Position numbers and translations under genes: made by a program | Source: TPA_inf: Saccharomyces | Taxonomy: Eukaryota | NCBI GenBank assembly: GCA_000146045.2 | Contig: BK006939.2 | Location: 384,001 to 448,000, forward strand | Direction: 5' to 3' | Length of the DNA: 64,000 nt | Notes under the pieces: model-generated | Told to the model about the DNA's origin: nothing | Databases searched by the model: none | The model's input: the letters and a program-made list of their open reading frames with translations, nothing else | In this document: in pieces, positions 1 through 11,347 of the stretch | Layout: every line of letters begins with the position of its first letter | Numbering within the stretch: position 1 is the first letter of the stretch

Positions 1-1876
1 GCTGACCCAAGCTCAATATTATCGAATCCATATAAGATTTTATTATCATTGGATTTTTGGACTTATTAACGCTCAATTCAATTAAATAATGAAATGGCAA
101 TCTTCCATTTACGTCGGGAGTTATAAGACATATTTTTAAGATGGATATTATTTCATCGAAAGCATTCTCCTTGTAGCAATTGTTGTAGAAAATTGATTTT
201 GTGATGCAATTAAAACCGAGCTTATTACACTGTAATGCATTAGCATTTAAGGTAATTAGCATTTTTATCAAAGGAATATTCGCCATAGCTGTAGCCCAAT
301 GGAGTGGAGTGTGACCTTGATCATCAATTTCAAAATTTATGTTAAAATTTTTGGGCGCCGGATATAAAGTAGCCAACAACGCTTGATCTACATCAGAAGA
401 CCTTTCCGATGATAGTATTGTTAATATCGTCTGCTTGTATTCTTGATCTGTCATTTTGTTTTCCAACTTGTTTTGAGATGAAGTATTTCCTGCGCTGAAC
501 GGTGTCATAGATCGTGAAGACATATTCATACTGTTATCATTTTCATTTGATGAAAATACTTCAATGGAGGAGCCATTGGATGCTACAGTGTTGTTGTTAT
601 TGTTGCTGCCGTTACTGTCACAGTACTCATTATGGTGATCATTTGGATTTTGAAAGGATTGCCATAATAAGGGTTGCTTCATTAATTTGAAATGCCTTTG
701 TATTTTTTCTTGCTGGTTGTAAAATTGTTGTTCATTAGATTGATTCAGCTTTTTCCTCCTTTTTTTACTATTGCCATTTGTAATGGAGTCCATCATGGAA
801 TGATTGAAGTTATTCGTCAAATATTCATGATGATGTTGTTGTTGTTGTTGGCTTTGCATAGGTCCGTCTGGAACTATGATCAAGTTATTATTATTGCCAT
901 TATTATTGTTATTACTGCTGTTAATGACATTGTCGATGTTATGGCTGTAACTATTACTGTCATTATTATTAGGGTTATTCAGAGCAACGTTCTTGTTTTG
1001 TAAATTTGTCGGAATTGGAAAAAATTGAAGAGGTTTCTGAGTTGCCGAATAATTATTATTGAAAGAGTTTTCATGAATGGATTTTTGTTGTTGAATAATA
1101 GTAGATTGATTGCTGTTGTTACTAATATTATTTATTAAATTGTGTCTTGTGTCATTGTTGAAATTCATCGTGGTGTGGTTATCATTATTGTTCATTATAT
1201 TCATTGATGAATTTACTTGGAACTGTTGAGGAGTTTGGAAAACAAGGTTTTGTAAAGGACTTGGATTCGGCTGGTTGATCGATGCATTTTTCTTGCCTTT
1301 CTTATTCGCAGCTGTAGTTGTAGCCGATGTTGATGAACTACTGTTCTTTTTTCTTGGTGTTTTATTGTAGCTCGATGGAGAAGTTATCTTCGTTCCCGGC
1401 GAAGTCTTCCTCAATATACTATTTTTGCTTCTCTTTGGTGGAGGGTTATTTGGATCGAATTGAAAAGTTAAGATGGAGTTGACCACAGGGTCAATTATTT
1501 CGTACTTATTGACTAAAAACTTCGCTGAATCCAGTGGGATCCAAGTACCTTGAAACCTACCATACCCACCTTGAACTTTTTCATGTTGCATATCATTTGA
1601 TTCCTTTTCCAGTATTTTAGTTCTTTTCGTCTTCGAAAATTGAGCTATTTTGAAAACCTGGGTAATATTAATCCAATCATCTTTAGTTCTTCTCATCACT
1701 ATTTTAGTTTCAAACCCACGTATATAGCATTCGTATACATCGGTTTCTGAATACGTAGCTATTTCAATCACTGGATGGTTTGAATGAGGCGCCAAAAGAA
1801 CTGATTTTGATATTGGCGTGATGTTCTGGTGATTGGTATTATCTTTTTGGTTTGATATCAAAACATCAAATGGCAT
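1..1876 (-). CDS. SWI4: SWI4, N-terminal ~625 codons (SBF DNA-binding subunit). ATG at complement 1874-1876; the 3' part of the gene lies left of the window.
   Basis: Minus-strand translation begins MPFDVLISNQ... and continues through an Asn-rich region (NNNNNGNNNN), matching my memory of Swi4. The ORF runs off the window edge, so the track did not list it. Confidence 0.85.
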   Translation of the reverse strand, partial: MPFDVLISNQKDNTNHQNITPISKSVLLAPHSNHPVIEIATYSETDVYECYIRGFETKIVMRRTKDDWINITQVFKIAQFSKTKRTKILEKESNDMQHEKVQGGYGRFQGTWIPLDSAKFLVNKYEIIDPVVNSILTFQFDPNNPPPKRSKNSILRKTSPGTKITSPSSYNKTPRKKNSSSSTSATTTAANKKGKKNASINQPNPSPLQNLVFQTPQQFQVNSSMNIMNNNDNHTTMNFNNDTRHNLINNISNNSNQSTIIQQQKSIHENSFNNNYSATQKPLQFFPIPTNLQNKNVALNNPNNNDSNSYSHNIDNVINSSNNNNNGNNNNLIIVPDGPMQSQQQQQHHHEYLTNNFNHSMMDSITNGNSKKRRKKLNQSNEQQFYNQQEKIQRHFKLMKQPLLWQSFQNPNDHHNEYCDSNGSNNNNNTVASNGSSIEVFSSNENDNSMNMSSRSMTPFSAGNTSSQNKLENKMTDQEYKQTILTILSSERSSDVDQALLATLYPAPKNFNINFEIDDQGHTPLHWATAMANIPLIKMLITLNANALQCNKLGFNCITKSIFYNNCYKENAFDEIISILKICLITPDVNGRLPFHYLIELSVNKSKNPMIIKSYMDSIILSLGQ

Positions 1877-2313
1877 GATTTCTCGAATAAATCAACCTTT
1901 TAGAACTACGCAAGAGGGACAGAAGGGAAATGAGAAAGAAAGAAGAGTTAATTTTCGGCAAAGAGCAATTATTGTTGACAATATATCAAATAACGTGAAA
2001 TAATGTACCTTTTTTTCAAAGGGTAAGTGGAGGAAGAATCGTTTGAAAAAGCGACGACCAATGCTAGATGTGATTCTGCTGTAACAACAATTAATAGTAA
2101 AAATAACACAATACACTAAAGAGTTTCTTTTTTTATTATCTCGAAAAAAAAAAAAGCTTCCAGTTGAATTTAGCAGCAAATATTAGTCAATTAGTTGATA
2201 TGCTAAACCAATGCTAAAGGATGGCAATAACTATAATATCTTTTGTGCGTTTTTCACGTTGACGTGCTTCTTAGTCCTTGTTCCTCTTTTTTTTTTGTTA
2301 GGTTAACCATTTA

Positions 2314-2330
2314 TTTCCTAAACGGGAAAT
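2314..2330. promoter_or_regulatory. Mcm1-type early cell cycle box (ECB) in the SWI4 promoter.
   Basis: The palindrome TTTCCTAAACGGGAAAT fits the CC(N6)GG Mcm1 core flanked by TTTCC/GGAAA. It lies about 450 bp upstream of the SWI4 ATG. Confidence 0.5.
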
Positions 2331-2362
2331 AAGCAGGCGGGGAGCTGAATATAATTAACTTT

Positions 2363-2397
2363 CGCGTCATGGTTAGTGACGCGTCACTTCAAACGCG
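2363..2397. promoter_or_regulatory. Cluster of MCB (MluI cell-cycle box, ACGCG) cores in the SWI4 promoter.
   Basis: An exact ACGCGT at 2379-2384, plus CGCGT at 2363-2367 and ACGCG at 2393-2397, all within 35 bp. Confidence 0.5.
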
Positions 2398-3231
2398 GGT
2401 AACAAAATCAAGTTGTTTTTAGCCGCCGAAGGTAATTGTATCCATAATGAAGGCTAGATTAAACCAATAATTTGTAGTGACAAAATTTATAGTCAGTAGC
2501 AGGTTCTCTTTAAATTGAGAGATTTCGACAGCCTTTTACTAGATGTCTAGTTTAGTAAAACTAATTTTCGTATGCTGCTAAACGACCTAAGATCCGCAGT
2601 CACCTATCGTTTAAAGTACGCAGTCACAATGCGGTTGAAATGTAATGTACTTATATTACCTCCTTCTTAAGTAACATTTCATTTTTTCCGCCACCGTACA
2701 CAGAGTAATTGCTTCGTTCGTTATCTACTTGTACTGAAGTCCCTCTAAACCTACTGCCTTTTATTTTTAGGCTCTAAAATAACCATGGACAACGTGAATT
2801 GGGTAGCATCTTTTTTTTAATAGATAGTTTATTATGTATAACAATAATTTAAAGATATTCATAGTGATAAGTAATTTTAAATGAGTTTAAAGTACTACTT
2901 TTCCTTTACCGCCAGTTTCCTGTACTATGAAAAAGGCAAATTCCGCATTGTAGCCGCCCACACGCATTTTGATCATCAATTACGAAATTTGCCGCACACG
3001 TGTCACGTGATAAGCACTCTTACTATCATGTTTTACGGAGTAGCAATGATGTTCAATTATTGCAGCTTTCTTTCGTGAAATCGTAGTATCATAGACCTTC
3101 CTAATGATGGAAGCGGTAAAGAAGGAAATCGTAAAAGTAAATTAACGAAGTAGTATTAGTAAAACAGAGTTGAAAAACTGATAAATCTTCAACTCGAACT
3201 GAAAAGAAACACAATAGAATATTTTTTCTCA

Positions 3232-3795
3232 ATGCTACCTTTATATCTTTTAACAAATGCGAAGGGACAACAAATGCAAATAGAATTGAAAAACGGTGAA
3301 ATTATACAAGGGATATTGACCAACGTAGATAACTGGATGAACCTTACTTTATCTAATGTAACCGAATATAGTGAAGAAAGCGCAATTAATTCAGAAGACA
3401 ATGCTGAGAGCAGTAAAGCCGTAAAATTGAACGAAATTTATATTAGAGGGACTTTTATCAAGTTTATCAAATTGCAAGATAATATAATTGACAAGGTCAA
3501 GCAGCAAATTAACTCCAACAATAACTCTAATAGTAACGGCCCTGGGCATAAAAGATACTACAACAATAGGGATTCAAACAACAATAGAGGTAACTACAAC
3601 AGAAGAAATAATAATAACGGCAACAGCAACCGCCGTCCATACTCTCAAAACCGTCAATACAACAACAGCAACAGCAGTAACATTAACAACAGTATCAACA
3701 GTATCAATAGCAACAACCAAAATATGAACAATGGTTTAGGTGGGTCCGTCCAACATCATTTTAACAGCTCTTCTCCACAAAAGGTCGAATTTTAA
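3232..3795 (+). CDS. LSM4: Lsm4, Sm-like U6 snRNP protein with an Asn-rich C-terminal tail.
   Basis: A 187 aa ORF with an N-terminal Sm fold sequence (MLPLYLLTNAKGQQMQIELKNGEIIQGILTNVDNWMNLTL) followed by an N/S-rich low-complexity tail. Confidence 0.9.
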   Translation: MLPLYLLTNAKGQQMQIELKNGEIIQGILTNVDNWMNLTLSNVTEYSEESAINSEDNAESSKAVKLNEIYIRGTFIKFIKLQDNIIDKVKQQINSNNNSNSNGPGHKRYYNNRDSNNNRGNYNRRNNNNGNSNRRPYSQNRQYNNSNSSNINNSINSINSNNQNMNNGLGGSVQHHFNSSSPQKVEF

Positions 3796-3931
3796 ACAAA
3801 TTTTGTATTATAATAATTATGTACATATATAAATATATTGGTACATATGTACTGTGTGTGTATGTGAATGTTGATTACCGTTTTCTTTAAAAAAAGCTTT
3901 TCTTCTTTTTATTACCGAGCTTTCCTTTAGT

Positions 3932-6052
3932 TTACAGGTTGACTTTCTGGTGGTATATTTTATTTATAAACCATGAAGCCGTTAAGTAACTTAATGCGCC
4001 AAGCCCTAAACTGCACATTACGTTGAAGATTAAACTATAACAAATGGAAATTAAGATAGATGAAAACCCATGGATGTTTAGCACTGCGAAAATGTAATAT
4101 AGCGAATACAATTCCATATATACACCACCGCTAAATCCCATTTCAAAGCACTTCCATCTCCAATTGTTGCGAACCACCTTATCTTCGAAGCAAAATCTCA
4201 TTAATAAATAACTTCCAATAATTGATATCTCCATAGTTAACACGCATAATAGTATGATACTCAAAAAAAGGAATCCGTAAAAATAATAAAATGTAGTTTT
4301 CTCCAACCAGAGAGATTTGTAAACGTATTGCATTTCCACGTAAATTACTAACAAGGGGAAAATACCACATAAATAAATGCCGCAGTAAACCAACGGGTTG
4401 AACTTGGCTCGTGATTTAGGTACAAATAATCCATTGCCATCGCTATTGCTTTCATCTTTAGTAATTCCACTCAACCAATATTGAGGCAAAGGTATATTAT
4501 TAGCTACAATACCACCAAACAAGCTGAGTGGTATACAGACGATGAAATAAATGCTCATGAAAAACACAATAGTCTTGAATGGTAATGCACTTGTAGAATC
4601 ATGTGCCCAAACAATACTATTTAATAAAAATGTGCTCACCATTACAATGCCAGGTAAGCTGGACCCACAAAGTATCGTAAAAATGGGACTAAACTTCTTG
4701 TAGTCTTTGAGGTATCTGTTATCGTCAAGGTAATTGGCCTTGGTTCTTTTCGTTTTCGTTACCATACTGAGTCTTGTCCCTACGAATGATGCCATGAATG
4801 CTCCAAGTACGAAAAATAAAATGGCCATAGTTAGCACACTGTTTCTTACATTATGCAATTTGTTCATTGAACATGATATCGTTAAGGATCCAATTATGGT
4901 AAATAAAAATTGCACCCCAAATGAGACCAGAAGGATTAAAACTTTTAAACCAAATAAATTTGGTCTACCATTTTGTATCCAGTCTTTCGCCACCGTGTAA
5001 ACGGAGTATTTACCATACTTGTCATCGTCCAGGTCATCCTCTGTTTCAATTCCTTCTATATTTATCATGTATTTGGGGGACTTTGAATTACTTTTATCCG
5101 TGTACATGACTCGTACGTAAATAATAAGCGTGATAAATGAGATGGACAATACAATTCCCACTGAATTGGCTAAGCTCATCCAATGAAACTGAATGCTCTG
5201 TTCGTCAGATAACTCACCTGCGTTCAAGAAATAATCCCATCTATGATTCCAGTCTACTTCAAATTCTTCCCTCCAATATACGGAGTAAGTAAATGGCAAA
5301 TATGTCAACTCATTTTCATCCTCAGGAATGACTATTTCGTATTGTTCGTAGTTCTTCGATGCCCCAGGACAATGATAATCTGACACAGATCTTGGATATA
5401 CTTCAAAGCCGACTATGGTATTTTTATCATTATCACTGGCATGAAAACGTATTACCAGCATTACGTGATTATGCAGATAGGTTTTATCTGTATCAGGATC
5501 TATGAAACCTAAAGGAAACCCAGATGCATAATATTTTTTATGATCAGTGGTGGAAATAAAGGTAGTGGCAGCCGGCAATTCATCATCAATTAGCCATTGT
5601 ACGACGTATCCCTCCCTGACTAACTTGTCTAAGGTCTGCATGCCCTCTTTGGTAGTTTTCCGGGCACACAACGTTTCACATGGATTGTCTTCGCCAAATT
5701 TGAGTTTATAGTCGCTTTCCCATTTCCTATCCCCTCTTATTATTTCGTTTAGAGATAAATGAAGCGGTTTTTTATGCATAGTAGGAGGACAAGTGAAGGG
5801 CAAGTCATAATATGCGTATGGCAATTGCGTTAAGTCAGATTCTACCTTATTCACAATCAATTCCAAGGGATCACCCTTTCTATAGAAATTGGGTGTTATC
5901 CACCCGTCATAAAGATTCTTTTGGCTGGAGGAGATGACTGGTTCCTGCCCATGCCCTCGCGTTCGTGATGAGTAGAACTGGTTTCTGAGGATGAGCATCA
6001 CGACTACTATCGCCATGAGTGTTATGACCGACCTCTTTGGTCTTACTCTCAT
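3932..6052 (-). CDS. TMN3: Transmembrane 9 superfamily (EMP70/nonaspanin) protein.
   Basis: A 706 aa ORF with a large lumenal N-terminal domain and nine C-terminal hydrophobic segments. Its length and position after LSM4 match TMN3. Confidence 0.85.
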   Translation of the reverse strand: MRVRPKRSVITLMAIVVVMLILRNQFYSSRTRGHGQEPVISSSQKNLYDGWITPNFYRKGDPLELIVNKVESDLTQLPYAYYDLPFTCPPTMHKKPLHLSLNEIIRGDRKWESDYKLKFGEDNPCETLCARKTTKEGMQTLDKLVREGYVVQWLIDDELPAATTFISTTDHKKYYASGFPLGFIDPDTDKTYLHNHVMLVIRFHASDNDKNTIVGFEVYPRSVSDYHCPGASKNYEQYEIVIPEDENELTYLPFTYSVYWREEFEVDWNHRWDYFLNAGELSDEQSIQFHWMSLANSVGIVLSISFITLIIYVRVMYTDKSNSKSPKYMINIEGIETEDDLDDDKYGKYSVYTVAKDWIQNGRPNLFGLKVLILLVSFGVQFLFTIIGSLTISCSMNKLHNVRNSVLTMAILFFVLGAFMASFVGTRLSMVTKTKRTKANYLDDNRYLKDYKKFSPIFTILCGSSLPGIVMVSTFLLNSIVWAHDSTSALPFKTIVFFMSIYFIVCIPLSLFGGIVANNIPLPQYWLSGITKDESNSDGNGLFVPKSRAKFNPLVYCGIYLCGIFPLLVIYVEMQYVYKSLWLEKTTFYYFYGFLFLSIILLCVLTMEISIIGSYLLMRFCFEDKVVRNNWRWKCFEMGFSGGVYMELYSLYYIFAVLNIHGFSSILISICYSLIFNVMCSLGLGALSYLTASWFINKIYHQKVNL

Positions 6053-6589
6053 TTTTTCTCGTTTCGGTTCACGTCTTTATATTAGTGCTTCAGTACCTGA
6101 TGCAAGAAATTCAAACGGAGAGGAAGCAGTCTAGTGAAGAAAAAGCGTAGATATACTACTATGCAATTTTGAAAAATAATACGTTGCTTTGTTCATCGAA
6201 GCAAACGAACGAGGTGCTTTGGAATGTAGATCTTAGAGTGGAAAAAAGTAAAACAAAAAAAAAAAAAATTGAAATATATTTTCCATTTTCGCGAATGCGA
6301 TTTCGACAAATTAGAGACCTCTTAGAAGGGTCCTAAAATTTTAATAGCCTTGAAACAGAAGTCACTAAACAGATTAACGGCATCTTTTGTTTAGCTTTCT
6401 TGTAAATTATATATGGTTACAAACCCCAATCCCTAACCTCACGCAAGTAAAACTATATAGAATAACATTTAAAGGATCATCGGCATCCTTTCATTTTCAA
6501 ATAACTCCATTCTTTTTTGCCCATGAGAACAATAGCTTAATGAGTTTATGCATCAAATTTGAGGCGCATCTTTTTCAATAGCTTTAAAA

Positions 6590-9500
6590 TTATATTTTGT
6601 CGGTTTTATGTTTTGAATTATCCCCGAAGTAATCCTCTTCCGTTGAGAATTTACCCTTTTTCTCTGTTCCACGCATACTACTATTGCGAGCCACTCCAGG
6701 CGATAACAATCCGGAAGCTAGTAAGAACGGACTGGAAAATCCATTTGAGCCAATGGTTGTATTGTTAGCAGAGGACAAATTCGGAGTAGATATAGTATTA
6801 TCCTCGTCGGAAGTTCGTTGGGTTGACGCTGATATTGTGCGATCAGCTTGCCCTTGATTATTGTCATGTTGCTGCTGTTGAAGCTGCTGTTGATCCCATA
6901 AAAACTGGTCCTCATCTTCCTCGTTCTCTAGCATTTGCTGTTCCCTTAGCTTGGTCTCTTCTCTCGCTTCTGCTAACATCTCTTGCGCTTTGCTCAAGGA
7001 AACCGTAGGTGTTGTATAGGAACTGATAATTGGCACTGATGTGTCGATATCAATGGTGGTTTTAATTAGTGCAGCCATCCAACCTCTCATCTCTTCTTTA
7101 TTATCTACTGCAAAATAGTGCGTGCGAGGTTGTGTAAATGTCAAACCTTTCTTTGATCCTGGTTGCGGAGGTAATAGTTTGAAACAATACCGTCCTTTAC
7201 CTGTACTGGCTGCATATAATGAAACTAGTTTATCATCTTCCTTAGCAGGCACAACGCGATGAGCAGTAATGTCGATAAGACCTCTTTCTCTCGTGTCCGT
7301 AGTGGAGCTGAAGTATGACAATCTAGTACCATGCAATGTGAAAAATCTCGTCTTCCAAGTACTCATGGCACCGCTGCCTTTCTTGCTCATCCAACCAGAA
7401 AAGTCAGCATCCTTCATTGCCTCTTTAACACTAATACTCCTTAAACCTTCTATAAATGCAGAAGTTTGCTTTTTCTTGGCTACAGGTCTAGCGGTCATTT
7501 GACGCAAGCTTTTGCCCTTGAGCGTTTCACCTTTAATAGCCTCACTCGCAGACCTCTTATTTTTATCATCTTTCACAGTTTCGGTAAAGATTTCAGCTTC
7601 CTTTGCGCTAACTGATCTTCTTTTAGATCTACTCTTTTTGGAAGACTTTTTATCAACTATCGGTGAGCTGTTTTTTTCTGACGGCATTGAGGTTATGGGA
7701 TTCTCTTCAGGACTTGAAGAGCGAGCAGCATTATCAGTAAATTGTTGCCTAAAGGGACTTAGCATGAAGGAACTTTTTTTGAATGAACTAGTTCGCGATG
7801 CACTGCTGCTTCTCTTTAAAGACGAGTTCCTCCTGGAATCGCTTTTTGATTTAGAAGATAATGAAGACGAGTGTCTCGTTGGTTTTTTCTTCCCCTCCTT
7901 CTCATGTGCCAATTTGTCATTACTTATGGATGCAATGGTAGATCCATCAGCGTATATACTGGACGTGGGTCTTTCGAATGTGTTCATTGTTTCTTGAAAC
8001 TGCTCTTCCTCATGGCTGGAACAAGAGGATTTTCTATCCGAAGAAGATTCAGGAGCGTATCCATAATAAGGGACAGAATTCCTCTTCGAAGACGATGTTA
8101 GCTTGCCTTCACTATCTTCATTTCTAACAGAATTACGGGTGGGGGATGGAATAGGTGACAACGCCTTCCCACCGCCTTGGTTGTTCTTTGGGAGTGCGGA
8201 ACGGGAATTGAAATTAGAATCTGATGAAGAATATTGATCGATATAAGAAGTTCTTTTAGGCCCTGAGAAAGATAAAGTAGGTGATTGCCATGAATAAAGT
8301 TGAGCAGGAGAAGGTGACGTCCTTGTGTTATTCAATAGGGGCGATTTTGGAGGTTGTGCTGGACTAGGGTAAGATGGGGGTTTGGGGGCTCTCCTCGGAG
8401 AAACAAACAAATTTTCATTACCTGCCATTTCCTCTACCACCTGAGGAATTTGAACATCTGGAGCTATATTAGCATTAGCCTCTTGTGAATCAAAAACTAA
8501 AGATTTAGGCCGGTGCTTGGAAGCTGAGGAGTTCCTAGTATTTCTGGGAGTGGGGATAAAATTCTGTTGTGACGGAAGGTCCTCTAACGACTGTGAAGTC
8601 TTTCTAACATGGCCTCTGTAGGAAGCTCTCTGGTCAACGTTTGCGGGAGGCATCAATTGGTTATAAATGTTAGCGTTATTGGTCTTACTAGCTCTATTCA
8701 GGGAGCGGCCATTAGTTCTAATAGCCTCTTTGATTTTTTCTATTTCTTTGAAAATCTCAAATCTTGTCCCAAAAGAATTTATGTCCAACTCTTTTAAATG
8801 AACAAGCTCTAATTCTAACAAAATTTTACCCGATATTTTGTGCTTCTGGAATCTAGAGGCAGATTGGACATCGTATCCTTCCATAATAAAATAAGCTGTT
8901 ATTTCTTCGGGTGACCAAAACTCTGCTTCTACAGGGTTCAATTTAGTAGTATCAATTCCATTAATTAAAGTAGCTTGATTTTCCAAATCTCCGTTCAGGA
9001 ACCCAGTAGAACTACTCGTTGTTGGCTTACTGTTAGATTCGACTACATCCAGTCCATCAGTGGCTGATAGAATTGTTTCATGCGTAATGCTATGTTCCTC
9101 GTCTCTGCCCGAATTGATGAAACGATCTGGTGGACCTATAGAGTCGTCTTTAAACTCCAGTAGTGCATTGTCTATGTCACTCATTGTATTCTTTAAAGAC
9201 AAGTTTCTTTCGATCTTTCCATTGGCAGTTCTCGAAATAGAGGCGGCGGTTTCAATTGGTTGCGGGGTTGGCAGTTCACTGTTTGAATCGTTTTCACTGA
9301 TAAAAGTGCTGGAAAGAAGAGGATCTTCATTGGTTAATGGACTATATATCCTTTTGGTAGACTTGGCTCTCATCAATGTCGGAGCCTTCTCCACTGTTAT
9401 CTTTTGAGTAAAGACCACCGGATATAAACCTTCCTCATTGGTTCTCAGATTTCGACCAAAATACCAGCCATCCTTGTATTCTTCGTCATCAGTTATTACT

Positions 9501-9712
9501 TTGATCTTGTCACCGGGCTTCATATCTAGTTCATCTTCCATTCGCTTAAAATACTCATTAATGGCAATATACATTGGGAAATTGCCACCGTCACGCCCGG
9601 TTGCACTTCCTTTGCTGTCAAAATCCGGTGACAAAGTGTCCGATACGTCTTTATCTCTGCTGACAGTTGTGTTGAGCTGCGAGAGTGTGGGTACTTCCCT
9701 GTCATTACTCAT
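6590..9712 (-). CDS. BOI2: Boi2 polarity protein (SH3 + SAM + PH domains).
   Basis: A 1040 aa ORF with an N-terminal SH3-like segment (GDKIKVITDDEEYKDGWYFGRN), a Ser/Pro-rich middle region and a C-terminal PH-like region. The length matches Boi2. Confidence 0.9.
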   Translation of the reverse strand: MSNDREVPTLSQLNTTVSRDKDVSDTLSPDFDSKGSATGRDGGNFPMYIAINEYFKRMEDELDMKPGDKIKVITDDEEYKDGWYFGRNLRTNEEGLYPVVFTQKITVEKAPTLMRAKSTKRIYSPLTNEDPLLSSTFISENDSNSELPTPQPIETAASISRTANGKIERNLSLKNTMSDIDNALLEFKDDSIGPPDRFINSGRDEEHSITHETILSATDGLDVVESNSKPTTSSSTGFLNGDLENQATLINGIDTTKLNPVEAEFWSPEEITAYFIMEGYDVQSASRFQKHKISGKILLELELVHLKELDINSFGTRFEIFKEIEKIKEAIRTNGRSLNRASKTNNANIYNQLMPPANVDQRASYRGHVRKTSQSLEDLPSQQNFIPTPRNTRNSSASKHRPKSLVFDSQEANANIAPDVQIPQVVEEMAGNENLFVSPRRAPKPPSYPSPAQPPKSPLLNNTRTSPSPAQLYSWQSPTLSFSGPKRTSYIDQYSSSDSNFNSRSALPKNNQGGGKALSPIPSPTRNSVRNEDSEGKLTSSSKRNSVPYYGYAPESSSDRKSSCSSHEEEQFQETMNTFERPTSSIYADGSTIASISNDKLAHEKEGKKKPTRHSSSLSSKSKSDSRRNSSLKRSSSASRTSSFKKSSFMLSPFRQQFTDNAARSSSPEENPITSMPSEKNSSPIVDKKSSKKSRSKRRSVSAKEAEIFTETVKDDKNKRSASEAIKGETLKGKSLRQMTARPVAKKKQTSAFIEGLRSISVKEAMKDADFSGWMSKKGSGAMSTWKTRFFTLHGTRLSYFSSTTDTRERGLIDITAHRVVPAKEDDKLVSLYAASTGKGRYCFKLLPPQPGSKKGLTFTQPRTHYFAVDNKEEMRGWMAALIKTTIDIDTSVPIISSYTTPTVSLSKAQEMLAEAREETKLREQQMLENEEDEDQFLWDQQQLQQQQHDNNQGQADRTISASTQRTSDEDNTISTPNLSSANNTTIGSNGFSSPFLLASGLLSPGVARNSSMRGTEKKGKFSTEEDYFGDNSKHKTDKI

Positions 9713-10291
9713 CTTTATATGTTCAAATTTTTTGCGGAGAAGTTGGTATGATTCAATAAATATGTGGCTAAAAATGAAAAGTTAAAACTGAAAAAGCAGT
9801 TACAGTCTTTTTGACCACTCTAAAAAAAAGTGTAAGCAGAAGGGAATTACGCAAATAGTGTTAAAAGCAACTTTAATATCTGTTGTCTTTAAAAACTGCT
9901 AAGTTTTATCGTGGGGCTAACTATCGCTTAAAAGGAAAGAGTAAATATGGCTAGTCTAACACTAAATATTAAAACCAGCTTTTTTCAACGCTTCTAAATA
10001 GGGAGACCTTACTTTCTTGACGAATTTGTCCTCATCAATCTGAGCATTTTGAATAGCGGCTGTGATAAGTTTTGTTTTTTTTTAAAAAAAAAAAAGAAGG
10101 TCTCCTTCTTCGTTCATACCGCATCGATCTAGAACGATGGGAAAAAAAGGCACCACGTGACTAGAGAATCACCTTTTTAGCGAAATATTTGTTTACTACC
10201 CTATGCATCTTGCGATGAGAAGCTACATGGAAAAGGGACCTATAATTTAGTTATCTTACAAAGTTTATTTATGGAATTGTTTCTCCTGTGT

Positions 10292-10867
10292 TTAAAAATA
10301 TAGGGATGAAAACTCATCGGCTATACTGTCATAGACCCGTGTGGAGGAGGCAGCGCAACCAAGTACAGCAGACTGGTCACAACTAAACCGAGCTAGTGGA
10401 CTTGGAAAGAGGGTAGCTTGCTGACATGCACACCTCTCCCCGGGTTTTGGATGGACACCATGTTTTATGCCGTGGAGCGGGCACCTGGTACCTCTCAAAT
10501 CTCTGATTCCTGCAAAATTTCCGAAACGTAGAGTCACGGGTCCTGACAAGCAACCATGCTCCAGAGTGATTGGTTTCCTTGATTTTTTTTGCTTTTTCAA
10601 AAATTTCTTAACGTGGGTTTTCTTCTTCCTACTTGGACTCATCCCCTGAAGGTAATTCTGCTGCTTATTTGGGTCACACGCGCCCTGTAGCAACAATTCA
10701 ATCATCCTGTCATTAAGTATATCTTGAATATCATTACATCTTCTTTTCAATAATATTTCTGCTGTAAATGATGACTTTACATTTTGTGAACAGTTATTGG
10801 TATACAGAGGATAAATCCAATGTAAATTGGAGGAAGAGTACGATTGCCATATATTAGAAACAGCCAT
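10292..10867 (-). CDS. SPR6: Sporulation-specific protein Spr6.
   Basis: The track ORF starts at a TTG. The first ATG gives MAVSNIWQSYSS..., 191 aa, which matches my recollection of Spr6. Confidence 0.7.
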   Translation of the reverse strand: MAVSNIWQSYSSSNLHWIYPLYTNNCSQNVKSSFTAEILLKRRCNDIQDILNDRMIELLLQGACDPNKQQNYLQGMSPSRKKKTHVKKFLKKQKKSRKPITLEHGCLSGPVTLRFGNFAGIRDLRGTRCPLHGIKHGVHPKPGERCACQQATLFPSPLARFSCDQSAVLGCAASSTRVYDSIADEFSSLYF

Positions 10868-11347
10868 ATACAAGTTTGAACAAAATACAACTCAAAGTAA
10901 AATGGTAGCTGCACGACAAAAAGTAATTCCTTGAATTTTATTTATGTTGTACCTGGTAACCTTAATTTTTTTTTTTCTTTTCTTTGTAATACCTTAGCTC
11001 TGGTTATATGCTTGGTCCCCTTAATTGTTTATGTACCCACTACACATTAATATTGAGGGGAGGATTAAATACATACTCTGCCTTGATTAGTGCCTCTTTT
11101 TCTTTTGTCCTTTTTCCTTCATTTATAGCCATTTTTGTGTAGATGGTCCAAATTCCTCGGAGTGCTTTGTTTAATCAGAAAAAGTATCAATGAGCAGGAA
11201 GCAAAAAAAAAAAAGGTAAAAATTTACGATTGTGCTGGGGTTAAAGAACTCTCATCTCCTGATGAAAACCCGGCTACTCCATAGAATCTTCTTTTGAGTA
11301 TGCCTGTAAAACGTACTTTAATAAAGAGAACACTCGGTTATTGACAG

